DNA of 64,000 nt from Bacillota bacterium (GTDB lineage: Bacteria; Bacillota; Clostridia; Peptostreptococcales; Anaerovoracaceae): contig JAEZLP010000030.1 in assembly GCA_023415235.1 (NCBI GenBank), forward strand, positions 65-64,064. Reading direction: 5' to 3'. Position numbers and translations under genes: made by a program. The notes under the pieces are model-generated. The model ran no database searches. It was not told the origin of the DNA and saw nothing but the letters and a program-made list of their open reading frames with translations. This document shows positions 16,930 through 26,919 of this stretch, one piece after another. Every line of letters starts with the position of its first letter. Within the stretch, counting starts at the first letter, position 1.

Positions 16930-18495
16930 TTATTCAGTGCCTTTGGAATCGTCGGAAGTTTGGCTGAGGTGATTTGTTTTCTCCAGGAAGGACATTACCA
17001 CATTGACCGGTCGGGTGATAGTATCCAGAATCACCTTTTCATGGGGCTGATTTGCCTGTTCGATACCGACTCCGATGGAAACAATCTGAAGCTTTGGATT
17101 TTTCTTTGCAAACCAGCCGCATTCGGTTTCTCGAAGCAGTATTGCGCCCGGCAGTTTGTCATCATATAGCTCTTCGTATATCCCCTGAATCGTATGGACA
17201 AGCATACTATCCGGATGATCAGGCCATCTCGGAACCCCATCGTGATAGGTATATTGCAGATTGCTCATGGCGCTGATTGCCTCATGAGCCGTCGTAATCT
17301 CATATAATCCCACATCGGAGGTGCTTACTGCAGATACCTGGGCAACAAAATTCCCTGTGGATGTGGATACCACTCCAAGATTGGATGCGCTCTCCACCAC
17401 GTCCTCATAGTCTTCCGATAGAGTCTGCACACCGTTGATAATGCCATAAACAAAGCTGATAATGCTTCCGTTGTCCTCGAAGGAGACGACTTTATCCGGC
17501 ATTTGGGTTTCCTCATAGGTAAAGGTATAGTTCTTTTCCACATCTCCATAGGTATCTTCAAAGGTTTCCATGGCGTCATTAACCACATTCTGCATTTTTT
17601 TCTGATCCGACTCGTTGATGGTGATCAATGCGCCGGCCGCAGTGGGAATCGCGTCTCTCGAAATCCCTCCATTGAAGGAGCCCAGCTCGAAAAGAATTCC
17701 TTTCCCCTGGGCGGCTGCCAAAATTTCGCCAATGGTTTTAATAGCGTTGGCTCCGCCTTTTCCAATGGCTTTATTTGCGTCTCCGCCGTTAAGGCCGCTT
17801 ATGGAAAGGAGATAGGGTATCGCGTTTTGAGGTGGTACCCACTCAATTTCATGCAGCATATCGTAGGATGCCGAGCCTCCGCTTCCAAGACCGATGGTAC
17901 TGCCGTTTTCCCAACCGAAATTGATTAAAAAGTCGCCCTCAAGATACTTTGCTTTGATCTTTTCCGCACCGGTCATTGCGGATTCTCCGCCGGCGGTAAA
18001 AATAGCCCTGATCTTGCCATGATTCTTCGAATTCTTCAGCACATAAAGCGTCGTTGCGATTCCGATACCGCTGTCAGCTCCCATGCTTGTCCCGTTTGCC
18101 ACCAGAAATTCCCCATTGATCATTGGAGTCACGGAATCTACGGCTGGATCGAAGGTAGAGCCGTTTGCAACGGCGATTTTTGTATCTATATTGCACTGAA
18201 GGATTGTGACAGGCGCGTTTTCATAACCTGGTGATGCGGGTTTGGTTATGATCACATTGTTGGAGCTGTCCCGCACCACTTCGAAGCCGTTTTCTTTTGC
18301 CCATGAACGGAGATAGGTGCTCACGGCTCTTTCACGGCCAGATTCTCTGGGAATACTGGAAATATTGTAGAATTCATCCAAAATGGCAGCCTGAACTGCT
18401 GCGTCATCCGGTTTTTGTACCTCATCGTTTTTACATGCTGTCATGGTCGGTAAAATCAGACTGAATATCAATACGGCGGCGACCAATCGTTTCAT
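16930..18495 (-). CDS. PepD-like (M20C aminoacyl-histidine dipeptidase family) lipoprotein, probably non-catalytic
   Basis: Lipoprotein signal MKRLVAAVLIFSLILPTMTAC. PepD-like blocks are present (GTSMGADSGIGIA, ETECGWF), but the canonical HxD, TEE, NTDSEEE and HAGLECG motifs are substituted. The ATG at 18495 follows AGGAGG. Confidence 0.7.
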   Translation of the reverse strand: MKRLVAAVLIFSLILPTMTACKNDEVQKPDDAAVQAAILDEFYNISSIPRESGRERAVSTYLRSWAKENGFEVVRDSSNNVIITKPASPGYENAPVTILQCNIDTKIAVANGSTFDPAVDSVTPMINGEFLVANGTSMGADSGIGIATTLYVLKNSKNHGKIRAIFTAGGESAMTGAEKIKAKYLEGDFLINFGWENGSTIGLGSGGSASYDMLHEIEWVPPQNAIPYLLSISGLNGGDANKAIGKGGANAIKTIGEILAAAQGKGILFELGSFNGGISRDAIPTAAGALITINESDQKKMQNVVNDAMETFEDTYGDVEKNYTFTYEETQMPDKVVSFEDNGSIISFVYGIINGVQTLSEDYEDVVESASNLGVVSTSTGNFVAQVSAVSTSDVGLYEITTAHEAISAMSNLQYTYHDGVPRWPDHPDSMLVHTIQGIYEELYDDKLPGAILLRETECGWFAKKNPKLQIVSIGVGIEQANQPHEKVILDTITRPVNVVMSFLEKTNHLSQTSDDSKGTE

Positions 18496-18759
18496 ATATC
18501 TTCCTCCTATATAATCAGCCCGCCTGATCCGCACCTCTGCCCTCAATTTGTAATACTCGGCAGCAATGAACGGCGAGCCGATGAGTCAAAATAGCAAATC
18601 TATGCTTTGCATATTTCGACTGCATCTTGTTTTACAAAATATAATAACATATAATTATAGCATAATACAAATTGTTACGCGGATTTAAGAATTTATTAAC
18701 ATTCTGGTATCATCCGCGCCGTTCAAAGGATTAATCTGAATCAATCGGGGGATTGCCGC

Positions 18760-20634
18760 ATGGATAGAAATCTCGAAATGCCCGTCTATCTCTTTCATCA
18801 GGGCACCGCTGCAAAAGCTTATGAGCTGATGGGCGCCCATCCGTCCGCCCAAAACGGAAAGGAAGGCTACTTTTTCCGTGTCTGGGCTCCCAACGCCAGG
18901 AAAGTTTCGGTAATGGGGGACTTCAATCAGTGGAATTCCTCGGAGTACCCGATGGATCGCCTCTCTTCCCAGGGACTATGGCAAATCTTTATTCCGGATA
19001 TCCAGGAATTTACCTCTTATAAATACATGATTGAAGATGCGGGGGGAAACCTGTTTGCAAAAGCGGACCCCTACGGTTTTCACATGGAAACAAGACCCGG
19101 AACCGCATCGAAAACCTTCAATTTAGATCGATACATCTGGAAGGATCAGTTGTGGCAGGAACGGAAAAAAACTGTGAATCCGTATTCTTCTCCAATGAAT
19201 ATTTACGAAGTGCATCCGGGATCCTGGAAAAAATATCAGGATGGAAACTACTTCGATTATGTCAAGCTGGCAGAGGAGCTGATTCCCTATCTTCTGGAAA
19301 TGGGCTATACCCATCTGGAGCTGATGCCTGTCACCGAATATCCCTTTGACGGCAGCTGGGGGTATCAGGTTACGGGATATTTTGCACCCACTTCCCGTTA
19401 CGGCTCTCCGGAAAACTTCATGTCCTTCATCGACGCCTGTCACCAGTCGGGAATTTCCGTGATTCTGGATTGGGTCCCCGGTCATTTTCCCAAGGATCAA
19501 AGCGGCTTGTACCAATTTGACGGCAGCAATTGCTATGAATACGACGATCCTCTGAAAAATGAGCATAAGGAATGGGGAACCAGAGTTTTCGACTGGGGCA
19601 GAAATGAGGTCCGCAGCTTTCTGATCTCCAACGCCATGTTCTGGATGGACAAATACCATATCGACGGCCTCAGGGTGGACGCGGTGGCCTCCATGCTCTA
19701 TCTGGATTACGGACGGAAGGAAGGGGAATGGAGACCTAATGTGCACGGTGGCAGGGAAAACCTGGAAGCCGTATCCTTTCTTCAGGACTTAAACAAGACC
19801 ATATTCGGGTTTTATCCCAATGCGCTGATGATCGCAGAGGAATCCACAGCCTGGCCCATGGTAACCAAACCGGTCCATTTGGGCGGTCTTGGCTTCAATT
19901 TTAAATGGAACATGGGGTGGATGAACGATACGCTGCAGTACATGAGAACAGACCCGCTATTCCGAAAGGGTTCCCATCACAATCTGACGTTTCCTCTGAC
20001 CTACTTCTTCTCGGAAAACTTCATTCTGCCGCTTTCCCATGACGAGGTGGTTCACGGAAAGGGCTCTCTGATCAATAAAATGCCCGGCCAATACGAGGAC
20101 AAATTTGCAAATTTAAGAGCATATCTGGCATATATGATGGCGCATCCGGGGAAAAAGCTGCTCTTTATGGGCGGTGAACTGGCGCAGTTCTCCGAATGGG
20201 ATTATAAAAAGGAGCTGGATTGGAACCTTTTAGATTACGAAATGCACAGAAAGTTCCATGAATTCATCAAAGAATTGAACCATTTTTACCTTGGCTCCAG
20301 CGAGCTCTGGGAGCAGGACGACAGCTGGGAGGGTTTTCAATGGATCAATCCCGACGATTCTGATCACAATGTCATTTCATTCCGCAGAATCGACAAAAAT
20401 GGAAACGAGTTGATCGTTGCCTGCAATTTTTCACCTGTAGACAGGAAGGGCTACCGAATAGAGACGCCCAAACCGGGTATTTATAAACCCGTATTCCATT
20501 CCGGCCTCACCCGGTACGGGGGAGTCGTCAATGAAGCGGATTGCCGGATCCCCGCTGAATCCAAAGAAAGCAACGATAGCGCGTATTCTTTCAAGGCGGA
20601 TCTGCCCGGTCTTGCCACAATCTTCTGGAGGTGA
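18760..20634 (+). CDS. glgB: 1,4-alpha-glucan branching enzyme
   Basis: GH13 branching-enzyme motifs: [17 protein letters not shown]-like ([10 protein letters not shown]), [28 protein letters not shown] and [11 protein letters not shown]. Confidence 0.95.
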   Translation: MDRNLEMPVYLFHQGTAAKAYELMGAHPSAQNGKEGYFFRVWAPNARKVSVMGDFNQWNSSEYPMDRLSSQGLWQIFIPDIQEFTSYKYMIEDAGGNLFAKADPYGFHMETRPGTASKTFNLDRYIWKDQLWQERKKTVNPYSSPMNIYEVHPGSWKKYQDGNYFDYVKLAEELIPYLLEMGYTHLELMPVTEYPFDGSWGYQVTGYFAPTSRYGSPENFMSFIDACHQSGISVILDWVPGHFPKDQSGLYQFDGSNCYEYDDPLKNEHKEWGTRVFDWGRNEVRSFLISNAMFWMDKYHIDGLRVDAVASMLYLDYGRKEGEWRPNVHGGRENLEAVSFLQDLNKTIFGFYPNALMIAEESTAWPMVTKPVHLGGLGFNFKWNMGWMNDTLQYMRTDPLFRKGSHHNLTFPLTYFFSENFILPLSHDEVVHGKGSLINKMPGQYEDKFANLRAYLAYMMAHPGKKLLFMGGELAQFSEWDYKKELDWNLLDYEMHRKFHEFIKELNHFYLGSSELWEQDDSWEGFQWINPDDSDHNVISFRRIDKNGNELIVACNFSPVDRKGYRIETPKPGIYKPVFHSGLTRYGGVVNEADCRIPAESKESNDSAYSFKADLPGLATIFWR

Positions 20635-20639
20635 TTACG

Positions 20640-21866
20640 ATGCCCTACACTAAGAAAAAGGAAATGATTGCAATGCTGTTGGCGGGAGGCCAGGGAAGCC
20701 GACTTGGAATCCTGACGAATCAGGTTGCGAAGCCGGCAGTGCCTTTCGGCGGTAAGTACCGGATCATCGATTTTACCATTTCAAACTGTGTGAATTCCGG
20801 TATTGACACCATAGGGGTTCTGACACAATACCGACCGCTGGAGCTGAACGCCTATATCGGAAACGGCCAGCCCTGGGATCTGGACAGACTCTTCGGCGGT
20901 ATTACCATTCTGCCGCCGTATATGAAGGCAAATGCAGGGGAATGGTATAAGGGAACCGCCAACGCGATCTATCAAAACATTGAGTTCATTGAAATGAGCC
21001 ATCCGGAATATGTCCTTGTCCTGTCCGGGGATCATATTTACAAGATGAATTATCAGATGATGCTGGATTATCACAAGGAGAGGAATGCCGACTGCACCAT
21101 AGCCGTGCTGAATGTTCCCTTATCGGAAGCAGGCCGTTTCGGTGTCATGAACACCGATGAAAACCTGAAAATATATGAGTTTGAGGAAAAGCCTCAAAAC
21201 CCCAAGAGCACTCTTGCGTCCATGGGAGTGTATATCTTCAATTGGGAGAAACTGAAATCCTATTTGATCGCTGACGAGGCAGACAAAAATTCAGAAAATG
21301 ATTTCGGTAAGAATATTATTCCAAAGATGCTCGAAGCGGGAGAAAGTATGTACGCCTATGAATACAAGGGCTACTGGAAAGACGTGGGAACGGTGGAATC
21401 CCTTTGGGAAGCCAATATGGATCTTCTCAACCCCGATGTTCCCATCGAACTGAATGACCCGCCCTGGAAAATCTATTCCAGAAATGTGGTTCTTCCTCCC
21501 CAGTATATCGGAGCCAATGCGAAGCTGAACAATGTCTCCATTTCGGAAGGCTGCTATATCGACGGAGAAATAGAAAACAGCATCATATTCCCCGGCGTTA
21601 CGGTCAAGGAAGGGGCGGCGGTCCGAAATTCCATTCTGATGCCAGGGGTTATCGTTGAAAAGGATTCGGCGGTGGAGTATTCCATCATAGCTGCCGATAC
21701 CAAAGTCGGCGCCGGAGTCTGTATGGGGGTCTGCACATCGGAGCTCGAGTCGGACCGTCATCCAGAGATTACAGTGATCGGTCAGAATCTCACCATTGCA
21801 GATGGAACCGTGGTTCCTGCGGGCGCCATGATCTCCGAAAGTATCATCAGCAAGGAGGGCGAATGA
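20640..21866 (+). CDS. glgC: Glucose-1-phosphate adenylyltransferase
   Basis: [22 protein letters not shown] and the LbH C-terminal repeats. The ATG at 20640 is 8 nt after GGAGG; the track start at 20631 (GTG) overlaps the glgB stop. Confidence 0.9.
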   Translation: MPYTKKKEMIAMLLAGGQGSRLGILTNQVAKPAVPFGGKYRIIDFTISNCVNSGIDTIGVLTQYRPLELNAYIGNGQPWDLDRLFGGITILPPYMKANAGEWYKGTANAIYQNIEFIEMSHPEYVLVLSGDHIYKMNYQMMLDYHKERNADCTIAVLNVPLSEAGRFGVMNTDENLKIYEFEEKPQNPKSTLASMGVYIFNWEKLKSYLIADEADKNSENDFGKNIIPKMLEAGESMYAYEYKGYWKDVGTVESLWEANMDLLNPDVPIELNDPPWKIYSRNVVLPPQYIGANAKLNNVSISEGCYIDGEIENSIIFPGVTVKEGAAVRNSILMPGVIVEKDSAVEYSIIAADTKVGAGVCMGVCTSELESDRHPEITVIGQNLTIADGTVVPAGAMISESIISKEGE

Positions 21867-21867
21867 T

Positions 21868-22992
21868 ATGAACGCATTAGGGATCGTTTTTTCATACTCC
21901 GACAGGGAAAATCTCAGAGAGCTTACCAAGATCAGAACGCTGGCTTCCGTGCCCTTCGGCGGAAAATACCGGATCATCGACTTTATTCTATCCAACTTTG
22001 TAAACTCCGGAGTTCATGATGTATCGATCATCACAAGAAACAACTACCATTCGCTGGTTGACCATCTTGGCGCCGGAAAGGAATGGGACCTTACAAGAAA
22101 AATTGGAGGCTTGCGGATTTTATCTCCTTTTTCCGCTCCGGGAGCATCCGACAATTCGGGAAACTATCTGGGAACCATCGACGCTTTGCACAAGAGCATG
22201 CATTCCATCAAACGTTCCAGAGCCGATTATGTGATTCTCTCAGGGTGCAATTTCATCTGCAGCATGAACTATGACGATATTCTGAAAAGCCATATAGAGC
22301 GAAATGCCGACATCACAGCAATTTATACCAATCCGAGAGAGGACGTGCTGAATCCATCGGGAGTGTCCATGTTCCGCATGGACGACCGGGAGCGGATCTA
22401 TGAGCTGAACTATAGCAGCGAGGACAACGCCAGACTGGAATCGCCCATCAGCCTGGGGATCTTCGTCATGAGAAAGTCCTTGCTGGAATCTCTGGTTGCC
22501 GACGCCATCGCCTTCGGCAGGTATGATTTCTACCGGGACATTATCCAGAGATTGTGCGGGAATCTTAACATCCTCGGCTATGAGCATAAAAAGATCTATT
22601 TTGAAATCAGCAGCGTTTCCGGTTATATGAAGGAAAATATGAGGCTACTTTCCGAGGATGTTAGAAATCTGATTTTTGAAAAACCCGTGTACACCAAGGT
22701 CAAGGACAGCGTTCCGGCCCAGTACTGTTCCGGCGCGCAGGTTTCCAATTCCATCATTTCAGACGGCTGCAAGGTGGAGGGTACAGTCATCAATTCCATT
22801 TTATCCAGGGGAGTCATCATCGGAAAGGGCGCTGTGGTGAAAAACAGCATCATCATGCAGAATACGGAGATTATGAAAAATGTGACGCTCAATCATGTTA
22901 TTCTGGACAAAGACGTTATCGTTCGGGAAAATCGTCAGCTGGTAGGGCACGAAACCTATCCGGTTGTAATTGAAAAGAAGAGTATAATCTGA
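21868..22992 (+). CDS. glgD: Glucose-1-phosphate adenylyltransferase regulatory subunit GlgD
   Basis: Paralogue of GlgC ([12 protein letters not shown] retained) that lacks the GGxGxRL loop. It sits between glgC and glgA. Confidence 0.85.
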   Translation: MNALGIVFSYSDRENLRELTKIRTLASVPFGGKYRIIDFILSNFVNSGVHDVSIITRNNYHSLVDHLGAGKEWDLTRKIGGLRILSPFSAPGASDNSGNYLGTIDALHKSMHSIKRSRADYVILSGCNFICSMNYDDILKSHIERNADITAIYTNPREDVLNPSGVSMFRMDDRERIYELNYSSEDNARLESPISLGIFVMRKSLLESLVADAIAFGRYDFYRDIIQRLCGNLNILGYEHKKIYFEISSVSGYMKENMRLLSEDVRNLIFEKPVYTKVKDSVPAQYCSGAQVSNSIISDGCKVEGTVINSILSRGVIIGKGAVVKNSIIMQNTEIMKNVTLNHVILDKDVIVRENRQLVGHETYPVVIEKKSII

Positions 22993-23002
22993 AGGTGGAA
23001 CC

Positions 23003-24424
23003 ATGAATATTTTATTGATCAGCACGGAAGCAGAACCCTTTGCAAAGACCGGGGGTCTGGGAGATGTGATCGGATCCCTCCCAAGGGAATTGAACAAGCA
23101 GGGCGCAGACGCCAGAGTCATGCTGCCGTTGTATCAAGGAATTCGTCAGCAGTATCAGTCACAAATGGAATTCATGGGAGAATTCCACCTGATGCTATCC
23201 TGGAGGACCCAATACTGCGGAATATTCCGGTTGGAATCGGATGGCGTGGTCTTTTATTTTCTGGACAATGAGCAATATTTCGGAAGAGATGCATACTATG
23301 GCTATTATGACGACGGAGAACGATTTGCTTATTATTCCAAGGCGGCTCTCGAAGCGCTTCCATTCCTGGATTTTTCACCGGACATCCTTCACTGCAGCGA
23401 GTGGCAGACTGCGATGGTCCCTGTCTACCTGAAAACCCTATTCAGGGAGGATCAGCGCCTAAGCCGTTTAAGGACGGTGTTTACCATTCATAATATCGAA
23501 TATCAGGGGAAATTTGACGGGTCCATCCTGCAGGATCTTTTAGGCCTTGCCGAAGGGGATAGAGGCATTCTGGAGTACGATGGAGCAATCAATTATATGA
23601 AGGGGGCCATCGTTACCTGCGACAGGCTTACCACGGTCAGCAGCAGCTACGCGGAAGAAATTACGGACCCTTTTTATGGAAGAGGCCTGGAAAACATCAT
23701 CAAAGAAAACCGATACAAGCTCACCGGCATCCTGAACGGGATCGATACCGCCCTTTATAATCCTTACAGAGATCCGTTTTTAGCGGTGAAATATTCAAAG
23801 AACAATCCGGAGAAAAAGCTTGGAAACAAAACGGCGCTTCAAGACAGTCTCGGATTGGCTCGGGATGAGGACATCCCGGTTCTGGCTATGGTAGGAAGGC
23901 TTGCGGAGCATAAGGGGATCGATCTGGTGATCAACGTTTTTGAAGAGATCATGGAGGAGCGGATTCAATTTGTGCTGCTGGGAACCGGAGAAGCGGGGTA
24001 TGAGGAATTCTTCCGAAGGAAAGCCAGTGAATATCAGGGGCGAATGTCCGTATCCACTGCATTTTCCGCGGAGCTGGCCAATAAAATCTACGCCGGAGCC
24101 GAACTCTTCCTGATGCCGTCCATCAGCGAGCCCTGCGGTCTTGCGCAGATGATTTCCCTGCGCTACGGAACCATCCCCATCGTTAGGGAAACCGGCGGTC
24201 TGAAGGACAGCATCATTCCATACAATCCCGAAACAGGGAAGGGAAACGGAGTCACCTTCTTCTCCATCAACGCCCAGGATATGATGGGAGCTATAAAAAG
24301 AGCAATCGCTCTCTATCATGATAAGGAACATTGGAAGCAGCTTGTCGCCAACGGCATGCAAAGCGACTTTTCGTGGAAGGCTTCCTCAAAGAAATACATT
24401 CGCCTGTACAAGGATTTGCTCTAG
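23003..24424 (+). CDS. glgA: Glycogen synthase (ADP-glucose type)
   Basis: EAEPFAKTGGLGDV N-terminus, HCSEWQT, and PSISEPCGLAQMISLRYGTIPIVRETGGLKDS. Confidence 0.95.
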   Translation: MNILLISTEAEPFAKTGGLGDVIGSLPRELNKQGADARVMLPLYQGIRQQYQSQMEFMGEFHLMLSWRTQYCGIFRLESDGVVFYFLDNEQYFGRDAYYGYYDDGERFAYYSKAALEALPFLDFSPDILHCSEWQTAMVPVYLKTLFREDQRLSRLRTVFTIHNIEYQGKFDGSILQDLLGLAEGDRGILEYDGAINYMKGAIVTCDRLTTVSSSYAEEITDPFYGRGLENIIKENRYKLTGILNGIDTALYNPYRDPFLAVKYSKNNPEKKLGNKTALQDSLGLARDEDIPVLAMVGRLAEHKGIDLVINVFEEIMEERIQFVLLGTGEAGYEEFFRRKASEYQGRMSVSTAFSAELANKIYAGAELFLMPSISEPCGLAQMISLRYGTIPIVRETGGLKDSIIPYNPETGKGNGVTFFSINAQDMMGAIKRAIALYHDKEHWKQLVANGMQSDFSWKASSKKYIRLYKDLL

Positions 24425-24471
24425 CAGCAGTGAACACTAAATTGCAATTACTACAGAAAGGTACCCAATCT

Positions 24472-26919
24472 ATGGATAGAGTCTATACGTCAAAGGATAT
24501 TTCAAAGCAGATCGAGGGAAAGCTCATGCGACATTTCGGCCGGGAGCCCGACAATGCGACAAAGCAGCAGATCTACCGCGCCGCATGTTTTGTAGTAAGG
24601 GATATCTTATCCGAATTATGGCTGAAAAATCACGAAATCATCTGTTCCCAAACGGAAAAGCAGGTGATTTATCTTTCCATGGAGTTTCTTCCCGGAACAT
24701 CATTGAGAAACAACCTTTTCAATCTCGGAATCGAAGAGGTGTTTCAGTCGGCATTGGCTGACCTGGGCCAGAAACTCGAAGAATTCTATGAGATGGAACC
24801 GGACGCTGGTCTTGGAAACGGTGGTCTGGGAAGACTGGCAGCCTGCTATTTGGATGCCATATCCTCCTGCGGCATGATTGGACAGGGGATGTCCATCTGT
24901 TATGAATATGGTATTTTCAAGCAGAAGATAAAAGATGGCGCACAGGTGGAAGAGCCGGACGACTGGCTTGATCTAGGCGACTGCTGGCTGATCACCAAGG
25001 AAGACGAAGCGGAGGAAGTTCATTTCGGGGGAAAGCTATCCGAGGTGTGGGATGACAAGGGCAGAATGAAGCTGATACACAAGGATTATACCACGGTGAT
25101 CGCAGTTCCGAGAGACCTGCTGATCTCAGGGTATCAGAGCGGGGTTGTCAACACATTAAGACTGTGGCAGTCCACTTCGCCGATCAGCATCGACATGGAG
25201 CTGTTTGCGAAAGGCGAATATCTTAAGGCTATGGAAGAAAAGCACCAGGCTGAAATCATATCCAAGATACTTTATCCGGAGGATGCTCACGACGAAGGAA
25301 AGATTCTGCGCATGAAGCAGCAGTATTTCTTCATATCCGCTTCCATGAAGACCCTGACCAGACGTCATAAGCAGACCTATGGAAATCTGGACAATTTCCA
25401 CGAAAAAATTGCGGTCCATATCAACGATACTCATCCCACCATGGCTATTTTGGAGCTGATGCGAATCCTGATCGACGAGAATGGCTATGAATGGGATAAA
25501 GCCTGGGACATCGTGACAAAAACCGTATCCTACACCAATCATACGATAATGCCGGAGGCTCTGGAGCAATGGCCGGAGGAGCTCTTTTCGGGACTGCTTC
25601 CAAGACTCCATTCCATTTTAAAGGAAATCAATCGTCGCCATAACGAGACGCTAATGAATGCTTTTCCCGACAATGAACCGTTACGCAATGAAATGGCCAT
25701 TATTTTCAACGGAAAAATCCGGATGGCCAACCTCTGCGTGATGGCGTCCCATACGGTAAACGGAGTTTCCGCGCTTCACAGCGAGATCATAAAAAATAAG
25801 CTTTTTCACGGATTCTATACCATGACACCGGGCAAATTCACCAACGTAACCAACGGTATCGCATACCGAAGGTGGCTCTGTCAGGCAAATCCCAAGCTTT
25901 CCGAATTGATCGGGGAGCTGTGTGGAACGGACTTTCTACGGGATTCCAGCCAACTAGAGCAGCTTCTGAAATATAAGGAGGATACGGGAGTACTGGAACA
26001 ACTGGCGAAAATTAAAAAAGATAACAAAATACGGCTGGCTAATTACATTAAAACCCATAATAATATTATTGTAAACCCTAATTCCATCTTCGATGTTCAC
26101 GTGAAGCGACTTCATGAGTACAAACGACAGCTTTTAAACCTGCTTCACATCATCGATCTTTATAATCAAATCAAAGAAAACCCCAACCTTGAAATGCAGC
26201 CGAGGACGTTCCTGTTTGGGGCAAAGGCCGCCGCAGGCTATTACATGGCAAAGCAGATCATCCGCCTTGCCTGCAGTCTGTCGGAGCATCTGGAAAAGGA
26301 CCCGCTTGTCAGAGACCGGATCAAGGTTGTATTTCTGGAGAATTATTCCGTCTCCCTTTCCGAGCTGATCATGCCTGCCGCGGATGTTTCGGAGCAGATC
26401 TCCCTTGCAGGAAAAGAAGCCTCCGGCACAGGCAATATGAAGCTGATGCTCAACGGCGCGGTAACAATCGGAACGATGGACGGCGCCAATGTGGAAATCT
26501 GCAACGCCGTAGGCAGAGAGAACATTTTCATTTTCGGCATGAGTGCTGAGGAGGCGGAGAAGCTCAGCAGGGAAGGGATCTACAGCCCCTGGAGCTACTA
26601 TCAGGATAACAGGAGCATTTCAGGAACCATCAAATTCCTGGCCGACGGAATTCCCGGAAAATCCTTCAGCGATATCATCAACTCCCTGACAACCGGCTTC
26701 AACGGAGAAGCGGACCAGTACTTTGTGATCGCTGACTTTGAAAGCTATAAAAAGGCGCAGTTGGAAGTCGCTTTCGCATATCAGGATCCGTTCCGATGGG
26801 GAGGAATGTCCCTTGTGAACATCGCGAAATCCGGTATTTTTTCCGCAGACAGAAGCGTAAGGGAATATGCGGACCGGATCTGGGGGATCAAACCTCTAGG
26901 GGAGTTAACCGCTTTATGA
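24472..26919 (+). CDS. glgP: Glycogen / maltodextrin phosphorylase
   Basis: GNGGLGRLAAC, HINDTHP, RLHEYKRQ and the PLP-Lys motif EASGTGNMKLMLNGA. The ATG at 24472 lies after the glgA stop; the track start at 24331 overlaps glgA. Confidence 0.9.
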   Translation: MDRVYTSKDISKQIEGKLMRHFGREPDNATKQQIYRAACFVVRDILSELWLKNHEIICSQTEKQVIYLSMEFLPGTSLRNNLFNLGIEEVFQSALADLGQKLEEFYEMEPDAGLGNGGLGRLAACYLDAISSCGMIGQGMSICYEYGIFKQKIKDGAQVEEPDDWLDLGDCWLITKEDEAEEVHFGGKLSEVWDDKGRMKLIHKDYTTVIAVPRDLLISGYQSGVVNTLRLWQSTSPISIDMELFAKGEYLKAMEEKHQAEIISKILYPEDAHDEGKILRMKQQYFFISASMKTLTRRHKQTYGNLDNFHEKIAVHINDTHPTMAILELMRILIDENGYEWDKAWDIVTKTVSYTNHTIMPEALEQWPEELFSGLLPRLHSILKEINRRHNETLMNAFPDNEPLRNEMAIIFNGKIRMANLCVMASHTVNGVSALHSEIIKNKLFHGFYTMTPGKFTNVTNGIAYRRWLCQANPKLSELIGELCGTDFLRDSSQLEQLLKYKEDTGVLEQLAKIKKDNKIRLANYIKTHNNIIVNPNSIFDVHVKRLHEYKRQLLNLLHIIDLYNQIKENPNLEMQPRTFLFGAKAAAGYYMAKQIIRLACSLSEHLEKDPLVRDRIKVVFLENYSVSLSELIMPAADVSEQISLAGKEASGTGNMKLMLNGAVTIGTMDGANVEICNAVGRENIFIFGMSAEEAEKLSREGIYSPWSYYQDNRSISGTIKFLADGIPGKSFSDIINSLTTGFNGEADQYFVIADFESYKKAQLEVAFAYQDPFRWGGMSLVNIAKSGIFSADRSVREYADRIWGIKPLGELTAL

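Noticed and set aside
18547-18759. Long AT-rich region upstream of glgB, examined for a cre site, riboswitch or small ORF
   Set aside because: Only a weak extended -10 (TGgTATCAT) was seen. There is no convincing palindrome, conserved RNA motif or RBS-preceded ORF.
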